Source: Rhodanobacteraceae bacterium (lineage in GTDB: Bacteria > Pseudomonadota > Gammaproteobacteria > Xanthomonadales > Rhodanobacteraceae). From it: a stretch of 44,654 bases of DNA. Positions 30,396 through 39,441 of the stretch are shown here, in pieces. Positions within the stretch are counted from its first letter, which is position 1; each line of letters begins with the position of its first letter. The stretch covers positions 1 to 44,654 of the forward strand of contig DATFGL010000028.1 in the NCBI GenBank assembly GCA_035249465.1, in the 5' to 3' direction. The notes beneath the pieces were generated by a model. It searched no databases and was not told the DNA's origin. It worked only from the letters and a program-made list of their open reading frames with translations. Both the position numbers and the translations under genes were made by a program.

Positions 30396-31805
30396 TCAGA
30401 TCGAGTAGTACATCTGATACTCGAGCGGATGCGTGGAGGCGCGATACGCGGTCACTTCCTTCATCTTCAGCGCTATGTAGGCGTCGATGAAGTCGTCGCT
30501 CATCACGCCGCCGGCCTTCAGGAAGTCGCGGTCGCGGTCCAGCGCCTCCAGCGCGGTATCCAGGGACGCGCACACCTGCGGGATGTTGCGTTCTTCTTCA
30601 GGCGGCAGGTCGTACAGGTCCTTGTCCATCGGCGCGCCGGGGTCGGTCTTGCTGAGGATCCCGTCGAGGCCGGCCATCATCAGCGCGGTGAAGGTGAGGT
30701 AGCCTGAGTTCATCGGATCCGGGAAGCGCACCTCGATGCGACGGCCCTTCGGGTTGGACACGTACGGAATGCGGCACGACGCCGAGCGGTTGCGCGCGGA
30801 ATAGGCGAGCATCACCGGCGCCTCGAAACCCGGCACAAGCCGCTTGTACGAATTGGTCGTCGAGTTGGAAAACGCATTGATCGCGCGCGCATGCTTGAAG
30901 ATGCCGCCGATGTACCACAGCGCGAGCTGTGACAACCCACCGTACAGCTCGCCCGCGAACAGGTTCTTGCCGTCCTTCGACAGCGACTGGTGCACGTGCA
31001 TGCCGGAACCGTTGTCGCCGACCACCGGCTTTGCCATGAACGTGACAGTCTTGGCCGCGGCGTGCGCGACGTTGCGGATCACGTACTTCATGGTCTGCAG
31101 ATCATCGGCCTTGTGCAGCAGCGTGTTGAACTTCACGCCGATTTCGCACTGGCCGGCGTTGGCGACTTCGTGGTGATGTACCTCGACGGTCTGGCCCAGC
31201 GATTCCAGCACCTTGCACATGTCCGCGCGCAGGTCGTGCAGCGAATCGACCGGCGGCACCGGGAAATAGCCGCCCTTCACGCCCGGACGATGGCCGTGGT
31301 TGCCTTCCTCGTACTTGTTGCGCGAGGCCCATGCGGCTTCTTCCGATTCGATTTCGTAGAACACGCGGCCCATGTCGTTCTGCCAGCGCACCGAGTCGAA
31401 GATGAAGAACTCGGGTTCCGGTCCGAAGAACGCGGTGTCGGCAACGCCGGTGGATTTGAGGAACGCTTCCGCACGGCGCGCGATCGAGCGCGGGTCGCGC
31501 GAATACGCCTGCATGGTGGACGGTTCCAGCACGTCGCACACGATGTTCAACTGCTTGTTGGCCGCGAACGGATCGATGAATGCCGTTGCGGGATCGGGCA
31601 TCAGCACCATGTCGGATTCGTTGATGCCCTTCCAGCCGGAGATGGACGAACCGTCGAACATCTTGCCGTCCTCGAAGGTGTCGGCGTCGATCGCGTGCGC
31701 GGGGAAGCTCACGTGATGTTCGACGCCGCGCATGTCGGCGAAACGCAGGTCGACGAATTCGACGTTTTCGGATTTGAGGGTTTCGAGGATTTTGTCGGCG
31801 GTCAT
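30396..31805 (-). CDS. glnA: Glutamine synthetase type I
   Basis: Track ORF is 30396..31844. ATG 31805 gives 469 aa starting [27 protein letters not shown], with GSGMHVHQS and [13 protein letters not shown]. Confidence 0.97.
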   Translation of the reverse strand: MTADKILETLKSENVEFVDLRFADMRGVEHHVSFPAHAIDADTFEDGKMFDGSSISGWKGINESDMVLMPDPATAFIDPFAANKQLNIVCDVLEPSTMQAYSRDPRSIARRAEAFLKSTGVADTAFFGPEPEFFIFDSVRWQNDMGRVFYEIESEEAAWASRNKYEEGNHGHRPGVKGGYFPVPPVDSLHDLRADMCKVLESLGQTVEVHHHEVANAGQCEIGVKFNTLLHKADDLQTMKYVIRNVAHAAAKTVTFMAKPVVGDNGSGMHVHQSLSKDGKNLFAGELYGGLSQLALWYIGGIFKHARAINAFSNSTTNSYKRLVPGFEAPVMLAYSARNRSASCRIPYVSNPKGRRIEVRFPDPMNSGYLTFTALMMAGLDGILSKTDPGAPMDKDLYDLPPEEERNIPQVCASLDTALEALDRDRDFLKAGGVMSDDFIDAYIALKMKEVTAYRASTHPLEYQMYYSI

Positions 31806-31839
31806 GGTGGGCTCGGGCGTTGGGTGGATGGTTGGAAAG

Positions 31840-31855
31840 TGCAAGCGGCGTGCCA
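31840..31855 (-). promoter_or_regulatory. Sigma54 promoter of glnA: TGGCAC-GCCGC-TTGCA
   Basis: The reverse complement of 31840-31855 reads TGGCACGCCGCTTGCA, an exact match to the -24/-12 consensus TGGCAC-N5-TTGCA. It lies about 35 nt upstream of the glnA ATG. Confidence 0.85.
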
Positions 31856-31905
31856 GTGATTGAGGCTTTTTGGATCAATGACTTGCAGAAGTGCATCGAT
31901 TTTTT

Positions 31906-31944
31906 TGCACCAAATAGGTTCGATAATTGCACCACGAAGGTGAG
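31906..31944. promoter_or_regulatory. Two candidate NtrC binding sites (TGCACC-N5-GGTnnn)
   Basis: TGCACCAAATAGGTTCG (31906-31922) and TGCACCACGAAGGTGAG (31928-31944), compared with the consensus TGCACC-N5-GGTGCA. They lie about 55-105 bp upstream of the sigma54 promoter element. Confidence 0.55.
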
Positions 31945-31955
31945 GCAGGCGCAGC

Positions 31956-32297
31956 TCAACCCAGCTTCGCGCCCAGCGGTACCGGCTTGTCCGGCACGCA
32001 AAGGGCGACATCGCCGTTCACGTCGTAAAAGCCTGTGACGAGGCATTCGGACATCAACGGTCCGATCTGCTTCTTCGGGAAATTCACGACGCCCACCACC
32101 AGCTTGCCGACCAGTTCTTCCGGCGTATACAACTTCGTGATCTGTGCGCTGGATTTCCTCACGCCGATCCCGGGTCCGAAATCGACCTGCAACACGTAGG
32201 CGGGCTTGCGTGCTTCGGCAAATGCACGCGCATCGATGATGCGGCCCACGCGCAGCTCGACCCTGGCGAAATCATCCCAGTCTATGGTTTCCATCAT
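31956..32297 (-). CDS. tRNA-binding domain protein (CsaA/YgjH-like)
   Basis: Only the 3' 113 codons of track ORF 31956..33536 are credible: MMETIDWDDFARVELRVGRII...KSSAQIT...LVGKLVVGVVNFPKKQIG. Confidence 0.85.
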   Translation of the reverse strand: MMETIDWDDFARVELRVGRIIDARAFAEARKPAYVLQVDFGPGIGVRKSSAQITKLYTPEELVGKLVVGVVNFPKKQIGPLMSECLVTGFYDVNGDVALCVPDKPVPLGAKLG

Positions 32298-32351
32298 GCG
32301 ACTCCGAAAGCCATGCATACTAAGCCAATTCACGGCGGCGAAGACACACGG

Positions 32352-33461
32352 ATGACGGTACGCAGCAAGGCGTGGCTCAGCGAATGGCCGTTGCCGGTCG
32401 CACTGGTCATTCTGGTCGCGGGCTGGTGGCTGAAACCCGTCTTTGCGGCCAGCGGCTCCGGCAACTTCGCGGTCGGCATCGCATTCGCTGCGTTCTTCGT
32501 TGGCGCGCTGCTCGCCGCGATCCTTGCAACGCGTCATGCCGAGCATCTCGCCGAACGTTTCGGCGAGCCCTACGGCACGCTGATGCTGACGCTCTCGGCG
32601 ATCTCGCTGGAAATCGCGACGGTGGTGACGGTGATGCTGCACAACGCCGACAACCCGGCATTCGGGCGCGACACCATGTTCTCGGTGGTGATGATCGTGC
32701 TGAATGGCATCATCGGCATCGCATTGCTGGTCGGCGGTCTGCGCCACCACGAGCAGACCTACAACCTGCGTGGCGCCAAGGCGTACCTGAGCCTGCTGAT
32801 CCCGCTTGCGACGCTGGCGCTGATCTGGCCCGACTTCACCGTCACCTCCGGCGTCGGCACCCTGTCGCTGGTGCAGAAGCTGTTCCTGCTGGTGATGTCG
32901 CTGCTGTTGTACGCGGCCTTCATGGTGATCCAGACGCGCACCCACACCAGCTTCTTCGTCGCCGAAGGCGAAGCGATGGAGCAGGCGCCCGCGCACCCGG
33001 AGTCGTCGCGCGGCGGGGCGTTCCATGCGGTCCTGCTGATCGTGTACCTGGTGCTGGTGGTGCTGCTGGCCAAGCTGTTCGCGTTGCCGCTGGAAACCGG
33101 TGTCGCGCGCCTCGGGATGCCGGCCATGCTGGCGGGTTTCGCGGTGGCGGTGCTGGTGCTGGCGCCGGAGGGCATCGCGGCGATCCGCGCCGCGCGGCAG
33201 AACCAGATGCAGCGTGCGATGAACATCGGCCTCGGCACCGCGCTTTCCACCATCGCCCTGACCGTTCCGGCGATCCTGCTGATCGACCTGTTCCTTGGTC
33301 GCACCGCCGTGCTGGGGCTGTCCCCCGCCAACATGATGATGCTGGTGCTGACCTTCGGCGTGTCGATCCTGACTTTGGGCAGCGGCCGCACCAATGCGAT
33401 GCAGGGGCTGGTGCACCTGCTGTTGTTCCTCGCATACGTGGTGTTGATCTTCTCGCCGTGA
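32352..33461 (+). CDS. chaA: Ca2+/H+ antiporter, ChaA family
   Basis: Track ORF is 32313..33461. ATG 32352 matches E. coli ChaA spacing up to RHAEHLAERFGEPYGTLMLTLS. It is a multi-TM protein. Confidence 0.85.
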   Translation: MTVRSKAWLSEWPLPVALVILVAGWWLKPVFAASGSGNFAVGIAFAAFFVGALLAAILATRHAEHLAERFGEPYGTLMLTLSAISLEIATVVTVMLHNADNPAFGRDTMFSVVMIVLNGIIGIALLVGGLRHHEQTYNLRGAKAYLSLLIPLATLALIWPDFTVTSGVGTLSLVQKLFLLVMSLLLYAAFMVIQTRTHTSFFVAEGEAMEQAPAHPESSRGGAFHAVLLIVYLVLVVLLAKLFALPLETGVARLGMPAMLAGFAVAVLVLAPEGIAAIRAARQNQMQRAMNIGLGTALSTIALTVPAILLIDLFLGRTAVLGLSPANMMMLVLTFGVSILTLGSGRTNAMQGLVHLLLFLAYVVLIFSP

Positions 33462-33477
33462 TGCAGGGGCGCCCCGA

Positions 33478-33912
33478 TTGGAGTTTTCGATGCTTGCCCT
33501 TTGGCTGAAAGCCTTCCACGTCATCGGCGTGGTCACCTGGTTTGCCGGGCTGTTCTACCTGCCGCGGCTGTTCGTGTACCACGCCGAGGCGGCCGAACCC
33601 GCGATTCGCGAGCGCTTCAAGGTGATGGAACGACGGCTGCTGGTGATGACCCACGTTGGTGGCGCGCTGGCCATCGTATTCGGCATCGCGACGCTGGCGA
33701 CGGAATCCTTTTATCTGCGCGCGGGCTGGCTGCACGTGAAACTCGCGCTGGTGCTGCTGTTGGTGGTCTACCACGGCATGCTGGTGAAGCTCACCCGCGA
33801 TTTCGCGGTCGGCCGCTGCGGATGGTCGTCGCGTGCCCTGCGCTGGTTCAACGAAGCGCCTGGCGTACTGTTGCTGGTGATCGTGATCCTGGCGGTGGTG
33901 AAGCCGTTTTGA
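33478..33912 (+). CDS. hemJ: Protoporphyrinogen oxidase HemJ
   Basis: 144 aa; LWLKAFHVIGVVTWFAGLFYLPRLFVYHAE is typical of HemJ. An alternative start is ATG 33490. Confidence 0.85.
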   Translation: MEFSMLALWLKAFHVIGVVTWFAGLFYLPRLFVYHAEAAEPAIRERFKVMERRLLVMTHVGGALAIVFGIATLATESFYLRAGWLHVKLALVLLLVVYHGMLVKLTRDFAVGRCGWSSRALRWFNEAPGVLLLVIVILAVVKPF

Positions 33913-33987
33913 TTGAGATCATCCCTGGTCGCTGCGTCACCGGACTTGTCGATTGGCGGATCCCTCCCGGAATCGTCGGGATCAGAG

Positions 33988-34052
33988 CGGCCTTGAAGCC
34001 GCCATCCATGGCCAGGCGCTCCGCGGCCAGGCTCTTCCTGCCACAGCGAGAC
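33988..34052 (+). repeat. Repeat family A, copy A3
   Basis: The sequence is cggccttgaagccgccatccatggccaggcgctccgcggccaggctcttcctgccacagcgagacg. Confidence 0.7.
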
Positions 34053-34124
34053 GTGGGGCTCATCCCGGAACACGCTCGCGGACCGCCGCCTTGGTATAGT
34101 TTTGCCAACATGGGGAGTTCCCTG

Positions 34125-36659
34125 ATGGCATTGCAATTGTCCGAGCAGGATCCGGGTCCGGAACTGCAGGCGGCCTTTCGCCGGCACCTGCCGCAGCGGC
34201 TGCGCACATTGCTGCGGCGCGCGCGCGCGCAGTGCCGTGGTGGCTGGGATTGCAATGTGCTGCACGCCCTCCACGATGAGATCGCCGTGCTTGCCGGTGC
34301 CTGCGGCCGGTACGGCATGCTGGAAACCGGTGAGCGCCTGCTGGCGCTGGAGTCCGCACTGGCGTTGCCCGCAGCCGCGCACGGCGTCCCCGACGAAGCG
34401 GCCAATGCCGAGATCGATGCCCTGCTCGACAGTTTGCGCCCGCATCTGCAGCCGCCTTCGCCCGGTCCGATGCGATCCGACTGGACGGCCGTCACCCCGC
34501 TGGCCGCGCGCGATCCGTTTCCACGTTGTGAAGTTCCACCCGACAAATACTGGTTGCAGCTCGGCATCGCCGATGTCCAGGGCGCGGTGACCCGCGTCGG
34601 CGCGAACGATGCGCAGGGCGTGCAGCCGGAACCGCCTGCCTTGACGGAGCTGCCGCACGGTCCGCGCGTGCGGATCGTCAACGACGACGATCCGGCCGTG
34701 AACGAACTGTTGTTGCGGCTGGAACAGCAGGGCTGCGACGTGGCGCTGGTCGATCGCCTCGACGGCTTGATCGAGTCGCTGCGCAGCACGCCGCCCGATC
34801 TCGCCATCCTGGTTGCGGATGCACAAACGGCGTTCGACGCGCTGGCCGCGGCGCTGCAGCAAACCCGCCGCGATCCCGCGCACCGCATGCGTTTGCTGGT
34901 GCTGCTGCGCACGCCGGACGTGGATGTGCAGTTGCGCGCGCTGCGCGCCGGGGCCGACCGTTGTGTCGCGCTGCCGGCGCCGTCCGAGGAAATCGTCGGC
35001 GCCGCGGTGGAGCTTGCCAGCGTCGATCAGGAAAGCGCGTACCGCATCCTTATCGTCGACGACGATGCGCCGCAAGCGCTGTTTGCGCAGGCCATCCTGC
35101 GTCGCGCGGGCATGGAAACCAAGGTCCTCGGCGAATCGCTGGCGGTACTGGACGAGTTGGACCGCTTCCGGCCCGACTTGCTGCTGCTCGATCTCAACAT
35201 GCCGGATTGCGATGGCTTCGAACTGACCGCGCTGATCCGCGAGCGTGATGGTTACGTCAATACGCCGATCGTGTTCCTGTCCGGGGATCAGGATGAAGAA
35301 CGGCAATTCGCCGCGCTCGACGCCGGCGGCGACGATTTCCTGGTCAAACCCATCCGCCCGACGCATCTCGTCGCGGCGGTGACCAACCGGGTGCGCCGGG
35401 CCCGCATGGCGGCATCGCGCGCGCTCCGCAAGCGCCGCCGCGACGCCGGCACGGGGTTGCACGATCGCTCGCAACTACTGGATGCGCTTTCAGAACACCT
35501 TGCCGCCAGCGGCGGCCACGCGGCGCCGGGCGGATTGCTGGCCATCGAGATCGAAGCCGCGGCGGCGTTGCGCAGCCACCTCGGCCTGGCGTCGTTCGAC
35601 CAGTTGCTGTCGCAGATCGGCGCCTTCGTCGTCGCCCATGCGCGCGCTGGTTGCATGACCGCGCGGCATGGCAACGCCGGGTACCTGATTTTCGCGCCGG
35701 CGCGCGGCGAAAGCGACCTTGCCGCGCTGGCGAATGAACTGGTGGATGCCGCGCACGAATCGCGTTTCGGCGCGCAAGCGTCCGCCGTGGGGCTGGCGTG
35801 CGCGGTGTGTGCCTTCGATGCTTCCATCAGCGAACCGGCGCAGGCGCTGGCGGCGGTCGAGCGCACCTTGTCGGCGGCGCGCGCACGGCCGGACGAGATC
35901 GCCATTTACTCGAAATTGGCGCCGGATCCGAATTCGATCACCCAGCGGCTTGCAGTGGCGCTGGCCACCGGATCGCTGGGACTCGCCTTCCAGCCGATCC
36001 TGCCGATCCGCGGCGCAGCCGAGCCGCAATACCAGGCGCTGTTGCGGCTGCGCGTGGACGGTCGCGAATACGTCGCCGCGGAACTGGTGCCCGTCGCCGT
36101 CCGCACCGGTTCAATCGCCGCGATCGATGCCTGGGTGGTGCAGCGATGCATCGCCATCCTGGCCGAACGGTTGCGTGATGGCGATCCGGTACGCCTGTTC
36201 GCGAGCCAGTCGCTGCAGGGCTGGAGTGGCGGCGACCGCGCATCGGCCCTGCGCGCGGCGCTTGCGGCGACTGGCGTGCAACCCGGTTCGTTGATCCTGG
36301 AATTCCGCGCCGAGGAAGTGCGCCACAACATGCGAACCCTGCTCGCACTGGCGCCGGAATTGCGGCAAATGGAGGTGCGGCTGTCGCTCGCCGGAGTCGA
36401 TGCCGATGCGGTCGCGGCGGGCTGGATCGAGCACCTGCCGCTGGATTACGTGAAACTTGCGCCTGCGCTGGATGACCTGTCGTTGCAGGCGGTCGTGCAG
36501 ACGGCGCACGAGCGCGGTTTGCGGGTGGCGGCGCCATGCGTGGAGTCGGTCGCGGAAGTCGAACGCCTGCGCACGGCGGGCGTCGATCTGCTGCAAGGCA
36601 ACTATTTCAGGCCGCCCGCGAATGATCTGGATGAAGCCTCACCACAGGTGGAGGGCTGA
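34125..36659 (+). CDS. Multidomain response regulator: HPt-like domain, degenerate REC, canonical REC, degenerate GGDEF, degenerate EAL
   Basis: This is the 3' part of track ORF 33501..36659. ATG 34125 has GGGGAG 7 nt upstream. The canonical REC runs about 35040-35400 (IVDDD, acceptor Asp codon 35190-35192, FLSG, VKP). The GGDEF position reads GNAGY (35670-35684). The EAL position reads QALLRL (36033-36050). DDFG is replaced by LAGVD. Confidence 0.85.
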   Translation: MALQLSEQDPGPELQAAFRRHLPQRLRTLLRRARAQCRGGWDCNVLHALHDEIAVLAGACGRYGMLETGERLLALESALALPAAAHGVPDEAANAEIDALLDSLRPHLQPPSPGPMRSDWTAVTPLAARDPFPRCEVPPDKYWLQLGIADVQGAVTRVGANDAQGVQPEPPALTELPHGPRVRIVNDDDPAVNELLLRLEQQGCDVALVDRLDGLIESLRSTPPDLAILVADAQTAFDALAAALQQTRRDPAHRMRLLVLLRTPDVDVQLRALRAGADRCVALPAPSEEIVGAAVELASVDQESAYRILIVDDDAPQALFAQAILRRAGMETKVLGESLAVLDELDRFRPDLLLLDLNMPDCDGFELTALIRERDGYVNTPIVFLSGDQDEERQFAALDAGGDDFLVKPIRPTHLVAAVTNRVRRARMAASRALRKRRRDAGTGLHDRSQLLDALSEHLAASGGHAAPGGLLAIEIEAAAALRSHLGLASFDQLLSQIGAFVVAHARAGCMTARHGNAGYLIFAPARGESDLAALANELVDAAHESRFGAQASAVGLACAVCAFDASISEPAQALAAVERTLSAARARPDEIAIYSKLAPDPNSITQRLAVALATGSLGLAFQPILPIRGAAEPQYQALLRLRVDGREYVAAELVPVAVRTGSIAAIDAWVVQRCIAILAERLRDGDPVRLFASQSLQGWSGGDRASALRAALAATGVQPGSLILEFRAEEVRHNMRTLLALAPELRQMEVRLSLAGVDADAVAAGWIEHLPLDYVKLAPALDDLSLQAVVQTAHERGLRVAAPCVESVAEVERLRTAGVDLLQGNYFRPPANDLDEASPQVEG

Positions 36660-36661
36660 CC

Positions 36662-38980
36662 TTGGCGAGAACGCATTCCGGTTTCGCGGCGGCGTGGCCG
36701 CGGTGGGCGGCCAGCCTGGCGCTGATCGCGGCGGGCGCCGTGACGGCAAGGTGGGTGGCGATGCCCGAGGTGTTCGTGGTGTGGGTGCTGCTGCTCGCCG
36801 CCTTGCTGTTGTTGTGGCTGGTGCGCGCGCCACCGCCCATCGAGGCACCGCAACATTCGCCGCAAATTCCCGACCCGGTGGACGTGGCGATGCGCACGCG
36901 GCTCGCCTCTGCGCAAGCGGAGTTGTCGTCGCTGCGCGGCGTGCAGCGCGAATTGCTGGCCGCCAAGCAGGGCGCGGAAGCGGCGATGCTGGCCAAGAGC
37001 GAATTCCTGGCCAGCATGAGTCATGAAATCCGCACACCGTTGAATGGCATCCTGCCGCTGCTCGACATCGTGCTCGGCACCGACCTCACGCCGGTGCAAC
37101 GCGAATACCTGGTGACGTCCAACGCGTCGGCCAAGGAACTGCTGCGCATCGTCGACGACATCCTCGACTACTCCAAGGCCGAGGCCGGCAAGCTCGATCT
37201 CGAGTCGGTCAGCATCAACATCCGCGAGCTGGTGGACAGTGTGAAACGCTTGCTGGACAAGCCGGCCGAAGCCAAGGGATTGGCGATGCGCTCGGTGGTG
37301 GATGCCGACGTGCGTCCGATCGTGCGCGGCGATCCGATGCGTGTGCGCCAGATCCTGACCAACCTGATGACCAACGCGATCAAGTTCACCCAGCGTGGCG
37401 GCGTGTCGGTGCGGGTAAGCAAGCGCAGCGACACGGACACCCAGCACGAACTGCTGTTCGCGGTACGCGATACGGGAATCGGTTTGGCGGCCGACGCCGC
37501 GGCGCGGTTGTTCCAGCCTTTCACGCAGGCCGATGCTTCGGTGACGCGACGTTACGGCGGCACCGGGCTCGGCCTCACCATTTGCAAGAAGCTGGTCGAC
37601 CTGATGGGTGGCCGCATCGGCGTGCGTTCCGAGCCCGGCCGCGGTTCGGTGTTCTGGTTCACCGTGCCGTTCGAGAAGGCGCCCGGTGATATCGCCGGGA
37701 CGCACAAGAGCCTCGCGGGTTCGCGCGCATTGCTGGCGGCAAGTCCGCAGCGCGCACAGGCCATCACACCGGTACTGGCGACGCTCGAACTGGACACCGC
37801 GGCCGTGGCCGACACCACCACGGCGCTCTCGCGCCTGCGCCAGGCCGCGCCGCTCGGCGACTCTTTCAGTTTCGATCTGTTGCTGGTGGACGTCACCAGC
37901 GTGGGTGGGGATGTGTCCGACCTGTTGCAGAGCATCCTGCGCGAACGCCAGCTCGACAAGTTGCGCATCCTGGCACTGGGGCTCGCCACCGCGCCCGATC
38001 CGCGGATCCAGGTCGCCGCTGCGCGGGTGGACGATGCCAACTTGCGCCAAGGCGTGCGCCGGATGTTCGGCATGGCGCCACTGCCGCGCGTGCAGCCCGT
38101 GCTCAGCGTCCCCGCCTTGCCGGCCGTGGCCGTCAGCGGGACACCGCAACCGCTGACGGGAACGGTGCTGCTGGTCGAAGACCATCCGGTCAACCAGAAG
38201 GTCGCGCAAAAATTGCTGGAGCGCCTGGGGTTGACAGTCGACGTGGCCGACAACGGCGAAATCGCACTCGAAAAATTGCGCGGGCAGGCGTACGCGATGG
38301 TGCTGATGGATTGCCAGATGCCAGTGCTCGACGGCTACAGTGCCACCCGACGCCTGCGTGAAATCGAGAGCGAACAGGGCAAGCAGCGGATGCCGGTGAT
38401 CGCGATGACCGCGCACGCGATGTCCGGCGATCGCGAACGCTGCCTGCAGGCAGGCATGGACGATTACTTGTCCAAGCCGCTGGACCGCCAGTTGCTGGAA
38501 CAAACGTTGGCACGCTGGATGCAGCAATCTCCGCACGCGGCCGCCGCGCCGGCGGCGCCTGCCGCGGCACCCGCACCGACACCCGCAACACCACCCTCTC
38601 CACAAACCGCACAACCCGCCATGATCACACCGCCACCACCCGACACCCTCGACACCGCGACGCTGGTGGATCTGGAAGACATCATGGGTAACGAGCTGGT
38701 CACGCTGGTCGATGCCTATTTGCGTGACGGCGAAACGCGCATGCGCAATCTGCATGAGGCGGCGTCGCGTGGCGACAGCGCGGAAGTCGGCAAGCTGGCG
38801 CACTCGCTGAAATCATCCAGCGCCAATCTCGGCGCGATGCCGTTGTCCACGCGCGCGCGCCAGGTCGAGGAAGCCGCGCGCAGCGGCACGCTCGCCAGCC
38901 CGGTGGACAGCGTCGCGGCGCTGGAGAAGTTGTACGCCAACGCGGCGGCCGCTCTGAAGCAGCGCTACAACCGGCCGTAG
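36662..38980 (+). CDS. Hybrid sensor histidine kinase: TM, coiled coil, HisKA, HATPase, degenerate REC-like region, REC, HPt
   Basis: 772 aa from TTG 36662, with an alternative ATG at 36761. The H-box is SHEIRTPLNG (His codon 37022-37024), with GGTGLGL. The REC domain is VLLVEDHPVNQ...VLMDCQMP (Asp codon 38309-38311). A Pro/Ala linker follows. The HPt motif is AHSLKSSSANLG (His codon 38801-38803). Confidence 0.9.
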   Translation: MARTHSGFAAAWPRWAASLALIAAGAVTARWVAMPEVFVVWVLLLAALLLLWLVRAPPPIEAPQHSPQIPDPVDVAMRTRLASAQAELSSLRGVQRELLAAKQGAEAAMLAKSEFLASMSHEIRTPLNGILPLLDIVLGTDLTPVQREYLVTSNASAKELLRIVDDILDYSKAEAGKLDLESVSINIRELVDSVKRLLDKPAEAKGLAMRSVVDADVRPIVRGDPMRVRQILTNLMTNAIKFTQRGGVSVRVSKRSDTDTQHELLFAVRDTGIGLAADAAARLFQPFTQADASVTRRYGGTGLGLTICKKLVDLMGGRIGVRSEPGRGSVFWFTVPFEKAPGDIAGTHKSLAGSRALLAASPQRAQAITPVLATLELDTAAVADTTTALSRLRQAAPLGDSFSFDLLLVDVTSVGGDVSDLLQSILRERQLDKLRILALGLATAPDPRIQVAAARVDDANLRQGVRRMFGMAPLPRVQPVLSVPALPAVAVSGTPQPLTGTVLLVEDHPVNQKVAQKLLERLGLTVDVADNGEIALEKLRGQAYAMVLMDCQMPVLDGYSATRRLREIESEQGKQRMPVIAMTAHAMSGDRERCLQAGMDDYLSKPLDRQLLEQTLARWMQQSPHAAAAPAAPAAAPAPTPATPPSPQTAQPAMITPPPPDTLDTATLVDLEDIMGNELVTLVDAYLRDGETRMRNLHEAASRGDSAEVGKLAHSLKSSSANLGAMPLSTRARQVEEAARSGTLASPVDSVAALEKLYANAAAALKQRYNRP

Positions 38981-39083
38981 ACGGGATCTTCGCTTTCCCC
39001 TCTCTCTCCGGGAGAGGCTGCCCGAAGGGCGGGTGAGGGTTCGCACTCGCGCATGGGTTTTGAATTCGACATCCCCGCCTTTT

Positions 39084-39132
39084 CCCGCGCCGCCCCACGG
39101 CGCGGGTGACTTTTGTTTCGTCAAAAGTCACC
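39084..39132. repeat. Two adjacent perfect hairpins in the non-coding mosaic
   Basis: The first is CCCGCGCCG-cccca-CGGCGCGGG (39084-39106). The second is GGTGACTTTTG-tttcgt-CAAAAGTCACC (39105-39132). Confidence 0.7.
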
Positions 39133-39280
39133 AAAACCATTGCGCCGGGCATGACGGTCCCGGCGACTTCCTGTCGCCTCGACTGCCCTGCGCTTCTCGC
39201 CGATCGCGCGCCGGCGCGAACTACTCGCCAATCCATGTGGCTCGCCCTTCGCTGGCGCTCAGGGCCGCCTGCGGCGTTCA

Positions 39281-39301
39281 AATCGGCAGTCCCTGCCGAT
39301 T
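39281..39301. repeat. Perfect 9-bp hairpin AATCGGCAG-tcc-CTGCCGATT
   Basis: Read directly. It lies in the same non-coding mosaic. Confidence 0.65.
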
Positions 39302-39419
39302 TAGTCGCACATCCGTGTGCTCGAACATGCGCGCCTTGCTCGCGCAATCGGCTGCGATGCTCGGCGCCATGCAACGGCGCGGCTATCGCTTCGTTGCCGG
39401 CCATCCGTGACATGCTTCT

Positions 39420-39441
39420 GTAGGGCGGGTCCCAACCCGCC
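39420..39441. repeat. Repeat family B unit (GTAGGGCGGGTCCCAACCCGCC)
   Basis: It matches the GGCGGGTtggcACCCGCCCTAC unit at 25342-25363 in the opposite orientation. Confidence 0.6.

Noticed and set aside
32298-33536. Upstream about 410 codons of ORF 31956..33536
   Set aside because: It lies antisense to chaA and is His/Gln/Arg/Asp-rich nonsense. Only the last 113 codons match a tRNA-binding domain.
33501-34124. Upstream 208 codons of ORF 33501..36659, which would extend the response regulator over hemJ
   Set aside because: This part overlaps hemJ in another frame and reads through repeat copy A3. ATG 34125 has a proper GGGGAG RBS, and protein-like sequence begins there.
38508-38523. Sigma54-like motif TGGCAC-GCTGG-ATGCA on the plus strand
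   Set aside because: It lies inside the kinase coding region with no downstream gene start to serve. Most likely a chance match.
38530-38650. Low-complexity Pro/Ala-coding stretch in the kinase, with a similar Pro/Lys/Ala stretch near 6760-6800 in algC
   Set aside because: These are in-frame interdomain linkers, not tandem DNA repeats or a CRISPR-like array.
36602-38803. 733-aa minus-strand ORF antisense to the hybrid kinase, plus similar ORFs at 33768..35474, 16167..17885, 5368..6933, 26094..27647 and 2057..3037
   Set aside because: Each lies antisense to a gene with clear family motifs. The compositions are biased (Arg, Gly, His, Gln). These are GC-driven open frames.
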